Source: Vicinamibacterales bacterium
Lineage (GTDB): Bacteria; Acidobacteriota; Vicinamibacteria; Vicinamibacterales; UBA2999
Reading direction: 5' to 3'
Assembly: GCA_965262505.1 (NCBI GenBank)
Contig: CBDHFM010000018.1
Location: forward strand, 1,173 to 65,172
Length of the DNA stretch: 64,000 nucleotides
In this document: positions 38,308 through 48,206 of the stretch, in pieces
How the letters are laid out: each line of letters starts with the position of its first letter
How positions within the stretch are numbered: position 1 is the first letter of the stretch
Translations under genes and position numbers: made by a program
Notes under the pieces: generated by a model
The model's database searches: none
Told to the model about the DNA's origin: nothing
The model's input: only the letters and a program-made list of their open reading frames with translations

Positions 38308-38900
38308 CGGCCCGGCCGGTAAGAGCCCTCCGGTGCCGCGATCGAGCCGTCGTCAAGACCGCAGTCCCGCGTTAGCGGGAGCAGAGCCTAGCGGAGCGCC
38401 TTGACTGCGGAGAGTCGTGGCGCAGTCTCTACCCGGTGCCGGGCCGCGTCAATAATTATTGTTCGGCGTTGTTTCACCCCCCCCCGCGAGTGCGATCGGC
38501 GCACCCGCTCAGCCGTTCTCAGCGCGTCCTCGACCGCCAGCCCTCCCACGTCGGAACCCCAGGAGCTTACAGCCGCGACGCTCGACACCGTCCGCCACCG
38601 CGAGTACCAACCATCCGCCCACCGCTCGACCCACACGCCGCCAGAGCAGGAGCACGAACACCACACCAAACCTTGCCGTGTCTACACGTCGCCTGATGCT
38701 TTCGCGCCCTCCGAACATCACGGGCCGTGCGGTCCCGCTCATCTTCCCCGCTTACCGCGCCGGTCTTCCGGTTTACCACCACGGCGCACGGCCCGAGAGT
38801 CAACCCGCTCCGCTTGCCTTGCAGTTGTCACGGTCCCTGCGATCCCGAGGCTGCCCGGTCCCGGCGCGGCTTTGCTTTCCCACCGCGCCAGGGTTTGCCT
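38270..38900 (+). repeat. Second copy of the conserved non-coding module
   Basis: Collinear with 10298-10930. Confidence 0.8.
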
Positions 38901-39119
38901 CCGCTTGCTTCCGCTCGCGCCGGACCTCCGCCCGGTGTTCAAATCCCGGCAACGTCGCCGGTTGTGAACCAGGGCGAGAGAACGATAGAATAGCTTTCCG
39001 TTGTGGCATGGTTTAGGTGCCTCTTACACTTGGGCCGAATCACCCCGAAGCGGCCCGCCTCTCACGCGGGCCGCTTCCTCTGTACGACCTCCCGACCGCC
39101 CGGCCGAACACCCGAGAGC

Positions 39120-39656
39120 CTACTCCGGCACCCGCGCCGCCCACAAACCCACGCCGCGCGATCGTGCATCATTTTCAAGCGCGATGAACTCCGTCCGCCG
39201 TGCATACGCGAATCCACGGACCGCTCGCGCGTACCCTTCCCGCACAAGCGCCGCGTTGAAATCCACGCCCCGCACCACGACGTACCGTAACCACCGGCCG
39301 TACATATCCTCCCGGTCCCCGGTCCGGTCCGTCGTCAGGTCTATCGTCATCCCCGAGAGCACCGTCTCCGCCAGCGCCGCCGCTTCCGCGCCGTAGTACT
39401 CGACCGGCCGCGTCGGGTGCTTTGTCTCCGGCGTGTCAATCCCCACCAGCCGAACCGTCGCCGGCGCGCCCTCGACCTGGACCTCGATCGTGTCGCCGTC
39501 AATCACGCGGACGACGTACGCCGATTGCGTACTTTGCGCCGCGCCCGTCCCCGTGGTCTGGATGACCGCCCCGACTCCGACGTACAGGCCCACCGCCCAC
39601 ATGCCCGCTTGCACGAGTCTCCGCCATCCACTCGCCCGCTCCGAGAGCTGCCACAT
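39120..39656 (-). CDS. Thermonuclease (SNase-like), membrane-anchored or secreted
   Basis: RVIDGDTI, VRLVGIDTPE, DMYGR and LVREGYA...GLW. Confidence 0.9.
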   Translation of the reverse strand: MWQLSERASGWRRLVQAGMWAVGLYVGVGAVIQTTGTGAAQSTQSAYVVRVIDGDTIEVQVEGAPATVRLVGIDTPETKHPTRPVEYYGAEAAALAETVLSGMTIDLTTDRTGDREDMYGRWLRYVVVRGVDFNAALVREGYARAVRGFAYARRTEFIALENDARSRGVGLWAARVPE

Positions 39657-39830
39657 GCTGCCCCCCTCACGGCCGAGTCCGCGCGTCCGACGGACCCACC
39701 GTACGCCGGTGCTCCCCCTCGTCAAGATGCTCCGCGTTGCTCCGCTCCCGCTTCGCGGGACTTCGATCTTGACGTCGGCTCCGCGCCGTCAACAATCGCC
39801 CTTGTCCGTCCGCGCGATCTCCGGCCGATG

Positions 39831-41009
39831 TTAACGGGACGGCGAAACCGTCTCCCGCTCCGCCTCCCGTGCCGTTTCCCGTGCCGCAATCTCCGGCTCC
39901 GGTTGTAAAGGGCGTGCGGCCGGATTGTGTTCGCGTGGCTCGTCGGGTGTCAGTTGCCGCCGTCCCGCGTCCTTCTCGATCGGGTGCTCGATCTCGATCG
40001 CTCGTGCCCGCTCGACCATCCAATCCGCCGCCTTTTGTGCATCCACCGCCGCCATGCGAATCTCTTTTGGATCGTTTTCAAGAGCCTTGATCCAGGAGCC
40101 CACGTACGCCGTCCCGTGCTGCGGTTTATGGCCCACGCCTAATTCCTCCCCCGCCATCATCGCGGCCATTTCCGCCCGCAATTCTTCCCGCGCGTACGAC
40201 TGCGATCCGAACCCCTCATGTTTCACCATCGTCGGCCGATTGAGCCGATGCTCCGCACCCGTCGCATGACCAATTTCATGGAGCGCCGTGTTCGAGTACC
40301 CCGTTTGCTCCGAGAATTGAGACGGGTGCGGCAGCACCACCCGATCGAGTTCTTTGTTGTAGTACGCCCGATCGCCTTCCTGATGAACCACGGTCGGCCC
40401 GTCCTTTTCATTGCCATGCTTAACCAAGCCCTCGACTCGCTTATTCGCCTCCCACACCGGAGCATCTTTCGTGACGAGGGGCGATAGTTTCAGCCCCTCC
40501 GTTTGCTCGACATTAAAGACGGTGTGTACTTTGATCATCGGCCGGTCCCGCTGCGTTTCGGTGTACTGCTTATGGCCGTCCTCATTCAGACGCGGTAGAC
40601 CTTTCCCGTCCTTTTCGAGTTGCCGATCCTTGTACGCGACGTACACAATCGGTGTGCCCTTTTCGCCTTTGCGAACGTGCCCGCCCGCCTCCGAAATCTG
40701 CCGGTAGCCGCCCCATCGCGGATCGTTGTACCCCTTCTGGTCCCCCGTCACCGCCAGGAACATCGCATTGCTCCCGCGATAGCTCTTATCTGTGGTGAAG
40801 TTCCGTTGACTTATCCGCTCGCCCGGTTCCCACGGCTTTTGCCACGGTGCCCGTTCCGCCTTGAGTGCTTCAATCATCCGGGCCGCAAATTGCTCATGGT
40901 ACGCATCTATGCGGGCCGGTTTCCCCGTCGCTTTCCCTGTCGCTGGCTCCGCCACTGGCTCCCGACCACGGCCCGCCGCCGCATCCTCGCCCGCGTGCTC
41001 ATCCGCCAT
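39831..41009 (-). CDS. ardC: ArdC-family antirestriction ssDNA-binding / zincin-like protein
   Basis: PWQKPW, YRGSNAMFL, DPRWGGYRQI, FNVEQ, LHEIGHATG and YAREELRAE. Confidence 0.9.
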   Translation of the reverse strand: MADEHAGEDAAAGRGREPVAEPATGKATGKPARIDAYHEQFAARMIEALKAERAPWQKPWEPGERISQRNFTTDKSYRGSNAMFLAVTGDQKGYNDPRWGGYRQISEAGGHVRKGEKGTPIVYVAYKDRQLEKDGKGLPRLNEDGHKQYTETQRDRPMIKVHTVFNVEQTEGLKLSPLVTKDAPVWEANKRVEGLVKHGNEKDGPTVVHQEGDRAYYNKELDRVVLPHPSQFSEQTGYSNTALHEIGHATGAEHRLNRPTMVKHEGFGSQSYAREELRAEMAAMMAGEELGVGHKPQHGTAYVGSWIKALENDPKEIRMAAVDAQKAADWMVERARAIEIEHPIEKDAGRRQLTPDEPREHNPAARPLQPEPEIAARETAREAERETVSPSR

Positions 41010-41082
41010 TTGGTATTCCTCCGTTCCTCTCTGTGTTCACCGTGACCCATGCCACGCGGACGGCCGCGCCGCTGTCCCTTGC

Positions 41083-41319
41083 TTACCCGTCAAGCTCGTC
41101 GGCCGGTAGCTCATCAACGCTACCGAACCACGCATCGAGTGTTGCCCTGTTCTCGACTGTCACCGGCCGCCCCGTCCGCAGCATCCCCGCCACCGCATTG
41201 CAAAACGCATCGTGCGTCGTGGCATGAACCGGGGACAGCGTGCCCGCCGCTAACTGCCGCGCGATTTCCTTCCCGGTGTGTTCCCCGGTTGCACTAGGTT
41301 TCGAGCGAAACAACCCCAT
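41083..41319 (-). CDS. Hypothetical protein
   Basis: ORF with RBS gaaagggagg. Confidence 0.55.
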   Translation of the reverse strand: MGLFRSKPSATGEHTGKEIARQLAAGTLSPVHATTHDAFCNAVAGMLRTGRPVTVENRATLDAWFGSVDELPADELDG

Positions 41320-41351
41320 TGTCTGTACCTCCCTTTCGTTCTGTTAGTCGC

Positions 41352-42458
41352 TTACACGCCCGGCAGCGGCAGCGGCACATCCGTTTCACGGGTCGCTGTC
41401 GCCGTCCGCTTGTTGTCGCTAGCCGTCGTCGCCGTGCGCTTCGTCCCGCTGGCTTTCGCGGGCCTCCGCTTCGCGCCGGTTGCCTTGACCATCTTCCGCT
41501 TCGCCTTCGCTGCCACCGGCCACACATCTTCGACAATCCACCGATTTGCCGCCGCGTCATAGTCCCGCACCCGGACCATATGACTCACCTTCCGCACGCC
41601 CTCCGCCGATCGCGTTTGTTGAATCACCGCCTCAATCCCATCGACCACCCCTCGACACACGACCGAGAACGGCAACGCATCACTCGCTTGCATCGCGCAC
41701 GTGGCGAGCCGTGAGAGCGCCGCCTTCGCATTGTTGGCGTGGACTGTCGCCAGCGACCCGCCGTGCCCGGTGTTCAGTGCTTGCAGCAGGTCCGCCGCTT
41801 CCGCGCCCCGGACCTCCCCGACGACGATGTGATCCGGACGGTGCCGGAGCGCATGGCGCACCAACTCCCGAATCGTCACCGCCCCCGTCAGTCCCCGCGC
41901 TTCAAACCTCACACAGTTTGCCCGCCGCAATTGAAGCTCTAGCGTGTCCTCGATCGACACGATCCGACCGTTGACCGGCAGCAGTGACGTGAGCGCGTTG
42001 AGCAGCGTGGTCTTCCCGGACCCCGTGCCCCCCGAAATCAGAATGTTGCCGGAGCCTTGCAGCACGGCCCGCGCCGCATCCACAACCTCCGCCGCCACCG
42101 ATCCACTTGCCACCAATTCCTCAATCGTGAACGCCCGCCCGCCGAACCGCCGAATTGTGATCGCCGCACAGGGCGAGGCCGGTGGTGAGCAGATCGCCAC
42201 GCGCGAGCCGTCCGCGAGCCGCGCGTCAATAATCGGTTCACTCTGCGGATCGCGCCCGAGCGGCCGCGCGATCTGAACGGCCGCCCGGAGCACCGCCGCC
42301 GCATCGAGATCCGGCGCGTCCACCTGTTCAATCAGACCGCGCCGCTCAATAAAGACGCTGCCCGGTCCGTTGACCATCACTTCTGATACCTCGTCGTCAT
42401 CGAGCACCGATTCAAGCCCCGGTAAGAACGGCCGTAAATCTTCTAAAGAGAGTGACAT
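41352..42458 (-). CDS. virB11: VirB11/TrbB/CpaF secretion ATPase
   Basis: EVMVNGPG, GGTGSGKTT, IEDTLEL, RPDHIVVGEVRG and NTGHGGS. Confidence 0.92.
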   Translation of the reverse strand: MSLSLEDLRPFLPGLESVLDDDEVSEVMVNGPGSVFIERRGLIEQVDAPDLDAAAVLRAAVQIARPLGRDPQSEPIIDARLADGSRVAICSPPASPCAAITIRRFGGRAFTIEELVASGSVAAEVVDAARAVLQGSGNILISGGTGSGKTTLLNALTSLLPVNGRIVSIEDTLELQLRRANCVRFEARGLTGAVTIRELVRHALRHRPDHIVVGEVRGAEAADLLQALNTGHGGSLATVHANNAKAALSRLATCAMQASDALPFSVVCRGVVDGIEAVIQQTRSAEGVRKVSHMVRVRDYDAAANRWIVEDVWPVAAKAKRKMVKATGAKRRPAKASGTKRTATTASDNKRTATATRETDVPLPLPGV

Positions 42459-45106
42459 TAGACCTTCCCCGCTTCCCGTGCCCGCCAGTACCCCAACTCG
42501 CGCGGCAGAAAATCCGGTTTGAGATAACACCGCGTCGCATCGTGCGCCTGTTGCCCGTCGTACGCTTGCACGATCGCTTGACAGTTTCCCAGGATGATGA
42601 AATCCCGAGGATGAAATAACGGCTCGCGCTTTTCGCTAAACGCTTTGCTCGCACCCACGCTCCCCGCGCCGCCGCCCGCCGCACCCGTCAACACCGACGC
42701 GCTTGCCCGTTGCGTTTGCTCCGACACGGTATAACTCGCTTTCATCCGCGCCACTTGCCCGCACATCCCACTGGCGAGTTGTGCCGACGCATCATCGGAG
42801 AGCGACAAGAACACCCGCGTACGAAGTGTTTGCAGCAACGCCCGCCATGCTTCCCCTTGACCCAGGACCGCCCGTAACGATGAAATGCTTTGCGTCGCCA
42901 CGATCGGCACCAATCGACATTGCCGCGTCAGGGCAAACGCCTTTTCGTCTCCGCTTGGATCGTCCTCCCCTACCGTGGCGAACGCCTGATACTCGTCACA
43001 CAGAAACATCGCCGGGCGGAACACGCGCGACGGGTCCGCTTGCATCAACGCCGGACGACGCAACAACGTATGCAGCCAGGATTGTTTCAGCATCACGCCC
43101 ACCGCCCGCGCGAGTGCCGCGTTTGTGCCCGCTGGCATATTGAGCGCCAGCACCGTGCCCGACTCGATCACCTCATCCAATGGCGGCAGCGGACGCCGCT
43201 CCACCGCGACCGCCCGTGCCGAGCCGCCCCCCGCTACCTTGTCGTCGGCCGGTACGCCCGCTCGCCCGTTCGGATCAGGAGGACAGAACACGTCCGCAAT
43301 CTCCGGCAGATCGAACACCGACAGGAACACCGACAAGCCCTCTACAACCGTCGTCGCCACTTTCTTATCGAGCTTCGACCAATCATGTTCGTACCACCGC
43401 CGCACCGCCGCCAGGCGCAGACGCCCCGCGCGGCCCGCGCCCGCAACCCGCTCTCGCTCCCACTCACCTTTTAGATCGCGGAGCGCTTGCTCCGTTTCCT
43501 CCGACCATGCCGCCACCCACTCCCCCGGTCGATCCTTCGACTCCGACACCTTAAAGACCTTTGCGAGCTCGGCGTTTTGCGTACGGAGCTCACGCGCCGC
43601 CGCGCCTGTCAGGTACAGGCGATCTCCCCCGGCCGTGTGCTCTAGCTCATCCAACATCCTGGCGATGCGTTCTGGCTCGATCGAGCAGCGGTACACGTCC
43701 TGCAGCGTCACCCACCCACCTGGACGCATCCGGTGCAGTTCGATGATCCACCGCACGAGGTTGGTGTACGCCTGTTGCCAAAACGGCTCGTGCCCCTTGC
43801 CGAACAGTTGATTGATGAGACTCGCAATCGTGTACGCCAGCGAGTAGCTATCGAGCCAGTGCGCCCCCAACGGATTCCACGACCACCGCCCGCCGAGCCC
43901 AAGCTCAACATAATCCCCGCCGCGTTTCGCCTCGACCAACACATCCCGGACCTGATAACAAAAATCGCCTTTGACCTCTAGCACCAGCCCGGCCATGCGC
44001 CGCGCCGGATCGTCCGCTTGCCACGACAGCAGTTGTTTGGCGAACGGTCGCATACACGCCGAGGTTTTCCCGCTCCCGACCGCGCCGCAAATCAACATGC
44101 CCGTATAGAGTCCCCGCTCAGGCACCACGAGCCAGCCCGGTTTCTCTACTTCGCGCAGTGCCACCGGATGATGGAGTTCCCCGACGACGAGCGCCGGACC
44201 CGCATCGTCCCGCGTTAACGGCCAAGCGGGCAACCGACCGACCCCGCCCGCACGACGGTGCGATTCAAACCAGACCCGAGTAACCCCTTGCATCACCGCC
44301 CAGGAGCCCACCAGGGCGATCCCCGGCGCGAGGTAATGCCACAGCCGCGCCGTCTCATGGAGCAGCGGCGAGCGCCCCGCCAGCAGCCCCACGACCGGAT
44401 CAGCCGCCGCCCCAGGGAACGGCAGGAACCGCCACCAGATCACGCCGACCGCCCCCACGATGAGCGGCCGTCGTAACCCTTCCTGTACAAGCAACGCCGA
44501 CCAGGCCCGCCAGGCCCGCGCGAGCTTCGACCGGGCAACCTCCCCCACCGTCTCACCCCGAGACGCCATCCACATGCGACCAGCCGCATGCACACCCGCC
44601 CAGGAGCCCACCAGGGCGATCCCCGGCGCGAGGTAATGCCACAGCCGCGCCGCCTCATGCAGCAACGGCGAGCGCCCCGCCAGCAGCCCCACGACCGGAT
44701 CAGCCGCCGCCGCAGGAAACGGCAGGAACCGCGCCCACGTCACGGCCAGCCCCACCACCAGCGCCGCGCCGTGCAGCCCCGACGCCATCACGAACGCCGA
44801 CACCGCCCGGACGGTCCGCGTCCCCCATCGCGCCGCGACCTCCCCCACCGTCTCACCCCGAGATGGCGGAACCCACCACCACACCGCTTCCGCGCCCGCC
44901 CAGGAGCCCACCAGGACGACCACCGGCACGAGGTAATGCCACGCCCGAATCGCCGCGTGTACCCACGGCGACCGTTCCGCGAGTTCTCCGATCAGTACGT
45001 CAGTCCCCGGCGTCGGAAACGGTACGAATTGCCACCACAGGACCGTCCCGGCCAGGACCGCCGACGAGAACACCGCGATCACGTCACCACCCGCGCGGAC
45101 CGCCAC
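42458..45106 (-). CDS. virD4: Type IV coupling protein (VirD4/TraG-like) with a triplicated N-terminal membrane module
   Basis: GAVGSGKT, LEVKGD, LCDEYQ and ATQSIS motifs; three 100-aa repeats at the N-terminus. Confidence 0.85.
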   Translation of the reverse strand: MAVRAGGDVIAVFSSAVLAGTVLWWQFVPFPTPGTDVLIGELAERSPWVHAAIRAWHYLVPVVVLVGSWAGAEAVWWWVPPSRGETVGEVAARWGTRTVRAVSAFVMASGLHGAALVVGLAVTWARFLPFPAAAADPVVGLLAGRSPLLHEAARLWHYLAPGIALVGSWAGVHAAGRMWMASRGETVGEVARSKLARAWRAWSALLVQEGLRRPLIVGAVGVIWWRFLPFPGAAADPVVGLLAGRSPLLHETARLWHYLAPGIALVGSWAVMQGVTRVWFESHRRAGGVGRLPAWPLTRDDAGPALVVGELHHPVALREVEKPGWLVVPERGLYTGMLICGAVGSGKTSACMRPFAKQLLSWQADDPARRMAGLVLEVKGDFCYQVRDVLVEAKRGGDYVELGLGGRWSWNPLGAHWLDSYSLAYTIASLINQLFGKGHEPFWQQAYTNLVRWIIELHRMRPGGWVTLQDVYRCSIEPERIARMLDELEHTAGGDRLYLTGAAARELRTQNAELAKVFKVSESKDRPGEWVAAWSEETEQALRDLKGEWERERVAGAGRAGRLRLAAVRRWYEHDWSKLDKKVATTVVEGLSVFLSVFDLPEIADVFCPPDPNGRAGVPADDKVAGGGSARAVAVERRPLPPLDEVIESGTVLALNMPAGTNAALARAVGVMLKQSWLHTLLRRPALMQADPSRVFRPAMFLCDEYQAFATVGEDDPSGDEKAFALTRQCRLVPIVATQSISSLRAVLGQGEAWRALLQTLRTRVFLSLSDDASAQLASGMCGQVARMKASYTVSEQTQRASASVLTGAAGGGAGSVGASKAFSEKREPLFHPRDFIILGNCQAIVQAYDGQQAHDATRCYLKPDFLPRELGYWRAREAGKV
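44250..45050 (-). repeat. Three in-frame 300-bp repeats inside virD4
   Basis: caggagcccaccagg...aggtaatgccac recurs at 44301, 44601 and 44901. Confidence 0.95.
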
Positions 45107-46032
45107 AGCGCCCCCGACGTAATACCCGGCCCGCCGCTCCCGCTCATTTTTGCCGTCGTCCCCCCTGCGCCGTCGCCTGCTAATTCGGCGTACCGATCCA
45201 ACGCCGCTTGCGACCCGCCGTACTTCGCTAACCGCTTCACATCGCCCGCGTCAATCGCTGAAATCAGATCCGCCAGTTCCGCCGCCGCCGCGACCCCGGC
45301 CGCGCCGCTCGTCGCCGTGCCGCCCGCCGCCGTCCACTCCGCCAACACCTTGTCAGCCGACGCCAGCGGATCGTGGCCCAGGCCCACGACCACCACCGCC
45401 ACCGTCCGGCCCTTCGCTATCAACGTCGCCCACACGTCCGCGTGCGCGTCTCCCCACGTCCGCAACGCCGCCGCCGAGTCGTCACCCGCCTGGACGTAGA
45501 CGAACACGCCCCCGTTGTGATCGAGTGCGACCGGCAACTTGTGAACGAAGTACCGTGTTTGCCCCTTCCCGCGTCCGTCCTTCGCCGTGTACACGCGCCG
45601 AGGCAGCGCCGCCTTTGTCACTCCCACCGCCGTGAGCATCGCTACCTTTTCGTCCTCCGTCGCCAGCCACGGGCGATCCGCATGATCGACCACGTAATCG
45701 AAAGCCAACACCCGCCGCAGGAGCAAGCCCGCCTCCGATGGCCGTCGCCGGTATCGAATATGCTCCGCGCCGAGCGCCCGGTACACCTCCCGGCCTTGGA
45801 TGCGAACGACCCGCGCCGCCGTCCCGTTGAACGGCTCATCGACGGCGATCCGCCCGCAGCGTTCAATAAACCGCGACGCATCGGCCCGCCGCTCACTCCC
45901 AATGAAGTTCAGATATTGCGAGCGCAGGAACGCGCCGCTATGTAGACAGACAAACGCGAGCCATTCCGCATCGTCCCCTGTCCACCCAAGCGCAGCGAGC
46001 GCCGCCGCGCGTTTCTTGACATGGCCGATCAT
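45079..46032 (-). CDS. Conserved hypothetical 'CLHSG' protein, possible wHTH / Replic_Relax-related
   Basis: LGWTGDDAEWLAFVCLHSGAFLRSQY; paralogue at 37319-38112. Family assignment is inference. Confidence 0.75.
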   Translation of the reverse strand: MIGHVKKRAAALAALGWTGDDAEWLAFVCLHSGAFLRSQYLNFIGSERRADASRFIERCGRIAVDEPFNGTAARVVRIQGREVYRALGAEHIRYRRRPSEAGLLLRRVLAFDYVVDHADRPWLATEDEKVAMLTAVGVTKAALPRRVYTAKDGRGKGQTRYFVHKLPVALDHNGGVFVYVQAGDDSAAALRTWGDAHADVWATLIAKGRTVAVVVVGLGHDPLASADKVLAEWTAAGGTATSGAAGVAAAAELADLISAIDAGDVKRLAKYGGSQAALDRYAELAGDGAGGTTAKMSGSGGPGITSGALWRSARVVT

Positions 46033-46049
46033 GCTGTGCGGTCCCTTTG

Positions 46050-46697
46050 TTATTCACCAGAGGACACAATCCGATCCCCCTGTAAAAAGCTGATGACAAT
46101 CCCCATCGGGTTCCAGATGACAAGCTCCGCAGGAATTTGTGTCAGAAACCGGAATTGCAACGACACCGACCACGACTCCCGCCCAATTTCCTGCCCGGCC
46201 CGCCACCGAATCAGATCGAATGTGGCCGACGCCCCATGCGGCTCCGCCGGTTGCGGCAGGATGCGAACCTGTACGTTTTCAACCCACAATTCTTCCGACG
46301 CGAGCCCGGCCGCCACGAGCGCAATCTCGTCCGACTGCGACCCGAACGCCTCATTCGCAATCGGCGGAGTCAGAAACCGCAGTGAACGTGTCCAATACTC
46401 CTCGACACTCCCCGCCCGACGCCCGTAGTGATCCACGATGAACCGATGCAGAAAATAGCCGGTGGTCGGATCGCGCGGGTCCGCTTGCGCTTCCATCGCG
46501 GCGTACAGCACCGCCTCCGCCCGGCCGACCTCATCAACCCGCACGATGATCGGTTTCGGGGGCGGAGCCCACGACACCCGGACCAGCACGATCAGCAGCA
46601 GCACCACCGCCGCGCCGAGCGCCCCGGTGAGTATCCGCAGATGCCGCGCCGCGTGCATTTGCTCACCCCAAATCTCCGCGAACTCCCGCGCCGCCAT
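46050..46697 (-). CDS. virB8: VirB8/TrbF-like
   Basis: Single TM segment, IIVRVDEVGRA and a C-terminal NPMGIVI motif. Confidence 0.85.
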   Translation of the reverse strand: MAAREFAEIWGEQMHAARHLRILTGALGAAVVLLLIVLVRVSWAPPPKPIIVRVDEVGRAEAVLYAAMEAQADPRDPTTGYFLHRFIVDHYGRRAGSVEEYWTRSLRFLTPPIANEAFGSQSDEIALVAAGLASEELWVENVQVRILPQPAEPHGASATFDLIRWRAGQEIGRESWSVSLQFRFLTQIPAELVIWNPMGIVISFLQGDRIVSSGE

Positions 46698-47629
46698 TAC
46701 ACCAGCCCTCCGGTTTTCGATATCCGCGCCGCTTGCAGCGCCCGCGAACCCGCGCCGGATGACGTGGTGCCCGCGCCCGACAGCAGCATCGACGCGAACG
46801 ATCCGACCTGTAACGACCCCAACAGCGCCGCGACGCCGAACAACAGCACCATGAAGAAATTTTGCATCAGCGTGGAGAATCCTTCGGCCGTCTGATACGG
46901 CCCCGGAGCCGACAACCCTCGCAAGACTTCGACGCCCACCTGTGAACTCACCCGAAAGACCGCCGCCGCAATCGCGGAATAGAGCGAGTACGTCAGCATT
47001 GTTTTGAACCAGCCCCAAAACAAGAACGACAACGGCGGCAGCACCAGGAACGGAATAAACACCGGCCCCAGGAGCAGCGCAATCGTGATTGCCAATTGCG
47101 CCCACACGATCTGTGCGAGGCCCACGGTGTACACCACGAGCATGACCAAGAGCATCAACACCCAAAAAATCAGGCCGGTGATCCCGGACATGATCGCCGC
47201 CATAACAGCGCCCCACATGCGGATCGGATTCATAATCCCAGGCATCGAAGGCGTCAGCATCAAGTTGTCGTACATCCCCCGAAACATATTTTGAAGTTCC
47301 GTCAACATTTGCTCGCCCGCGCCCGCAATGATGACGCCGTGCAGCCAGCTTCCCATGCCCGTAATCACATCGGGCACCGTCAACGAAAGACCGGGAAGTG
47401 GCGTCGTATAAAATTGCAACATGCCGAGCGGAATGGCGAGGGTGATAATCATTTTCACCACCGACGCCATGTTGACGCCGCCGCCCGACAGCGCCATTTG
47501 TGTACCCGTCCACACGATGACGATCAACGACAAGCCCCGCCACAGATCCATTCCCGCCGCTAGCATCTGAGGCGCAACCGCCGCCGCGAGATCCTGCGCG
47601 AAGTTCTGCCAGTTTTCTACAGGGTTCAT
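46697..47629 (-). CDS. virB6: VirB6/TrbL-like
   Basis: Polytopic; LGPVFIPFLVL...FWGW. Confidence 0.85.
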   Translation of the reverse strand: MNPVENWQNFAQDLAAAVAPQMLAAGMDLWRGLSLIVIVWTGTQMALSGGGVNMASVVKMIITLAIPLGMLQFYTTPLPGLSLTVPDVITGMGSWLHGVIIAGAGEQMLTELQNMFRGMYDNLMLTPSMPGIMNPIRMWGAVMAAIMSGITGLIFWVLMLLVMLVVYTVGLAQIVWAQLAITIALLLGPVFIPFLVLPPLSFLFWGWFKTMLTYSLYSAIAAAVFRVSSQVGVEVLRGLSAPGPYQTAEGFSTLMQNFFMVLLFGVAALLGSLQVGSFASMLLSGAGTTSSGAGSRALQAARISKTGGLV

Positions 47630-47639
47630 GGAGTGCGCC

Positions 47640-48206
47640 TTACGGCGCGTCCGCTGCCGCGCGTGCCGCGATACCTTCCGCCTGTTCGCGGGCCGCGTTC
47701 GCCGCATCGCGGACCGACGCCACGATGCCCCGTGGCGTGAGGCCCGCGCCCGTTTCGTACGGGAACAGCAGATCCCACGCCCCGCCCGCGATCGCATCCT
47801 CTAGCTGTGTTAAGACGCTGGCCTGATTCGTTGTGACCGTCGCAAGCTGCGTCTCCCACGCCACGGCTGCCGCCGCCGTGTTGTTTTTGAGTGTGTCCAC
47901 ATCCACGAATAGCGGCCGCCCTTCCGCCGCTCGTGCTTCCAACGCCGCGACTTGAGCGGCCGATCGTTCGGCCGCTCGTGCCGCAACGGTTTCATGCGCG
48001 GCCAGCGTGGCCGCGTGACTTTCCCGAATCTCGACTAGCAGCGCCGCCAGCTCCGCCCGCTCCGCCCGAGACGACCCGCCGCCGCACGCCGCGCTGCCCA
48101 GGAGCAGCGCCAGCCCCACCACCAGGGCCGTCGTCACCAGCCCCAATCTTGCGACGACGGGAAGTACCGCGCCGCGTCTTGCCGGTCCGTCCGCTCGCCG
48201 TCCCAC
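47640..48206 (-). CDS. Putative lipoprotein, entry-exclusion candidate
   Basis: Hydrophobic signal ending LLGSAAC; lies between virB5 and virB6. Confidence 0.5.
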   Translation of the reverse strand: MGRRADGPARRGAVLPVVARLGLVTTALVVGLALLLGSAACGGGSSRAERAELAALLVEIRESHAATLAAHETVAARAAERSAAQVAALEARAAEGRPLFVDVDTLKNNTAAAAVAWETQLATVTTNQASVLTQLEDAIAGGAWDLLFPYETGAGLTPRGIVASVRDAANAAREQAEGIAARAAADAP

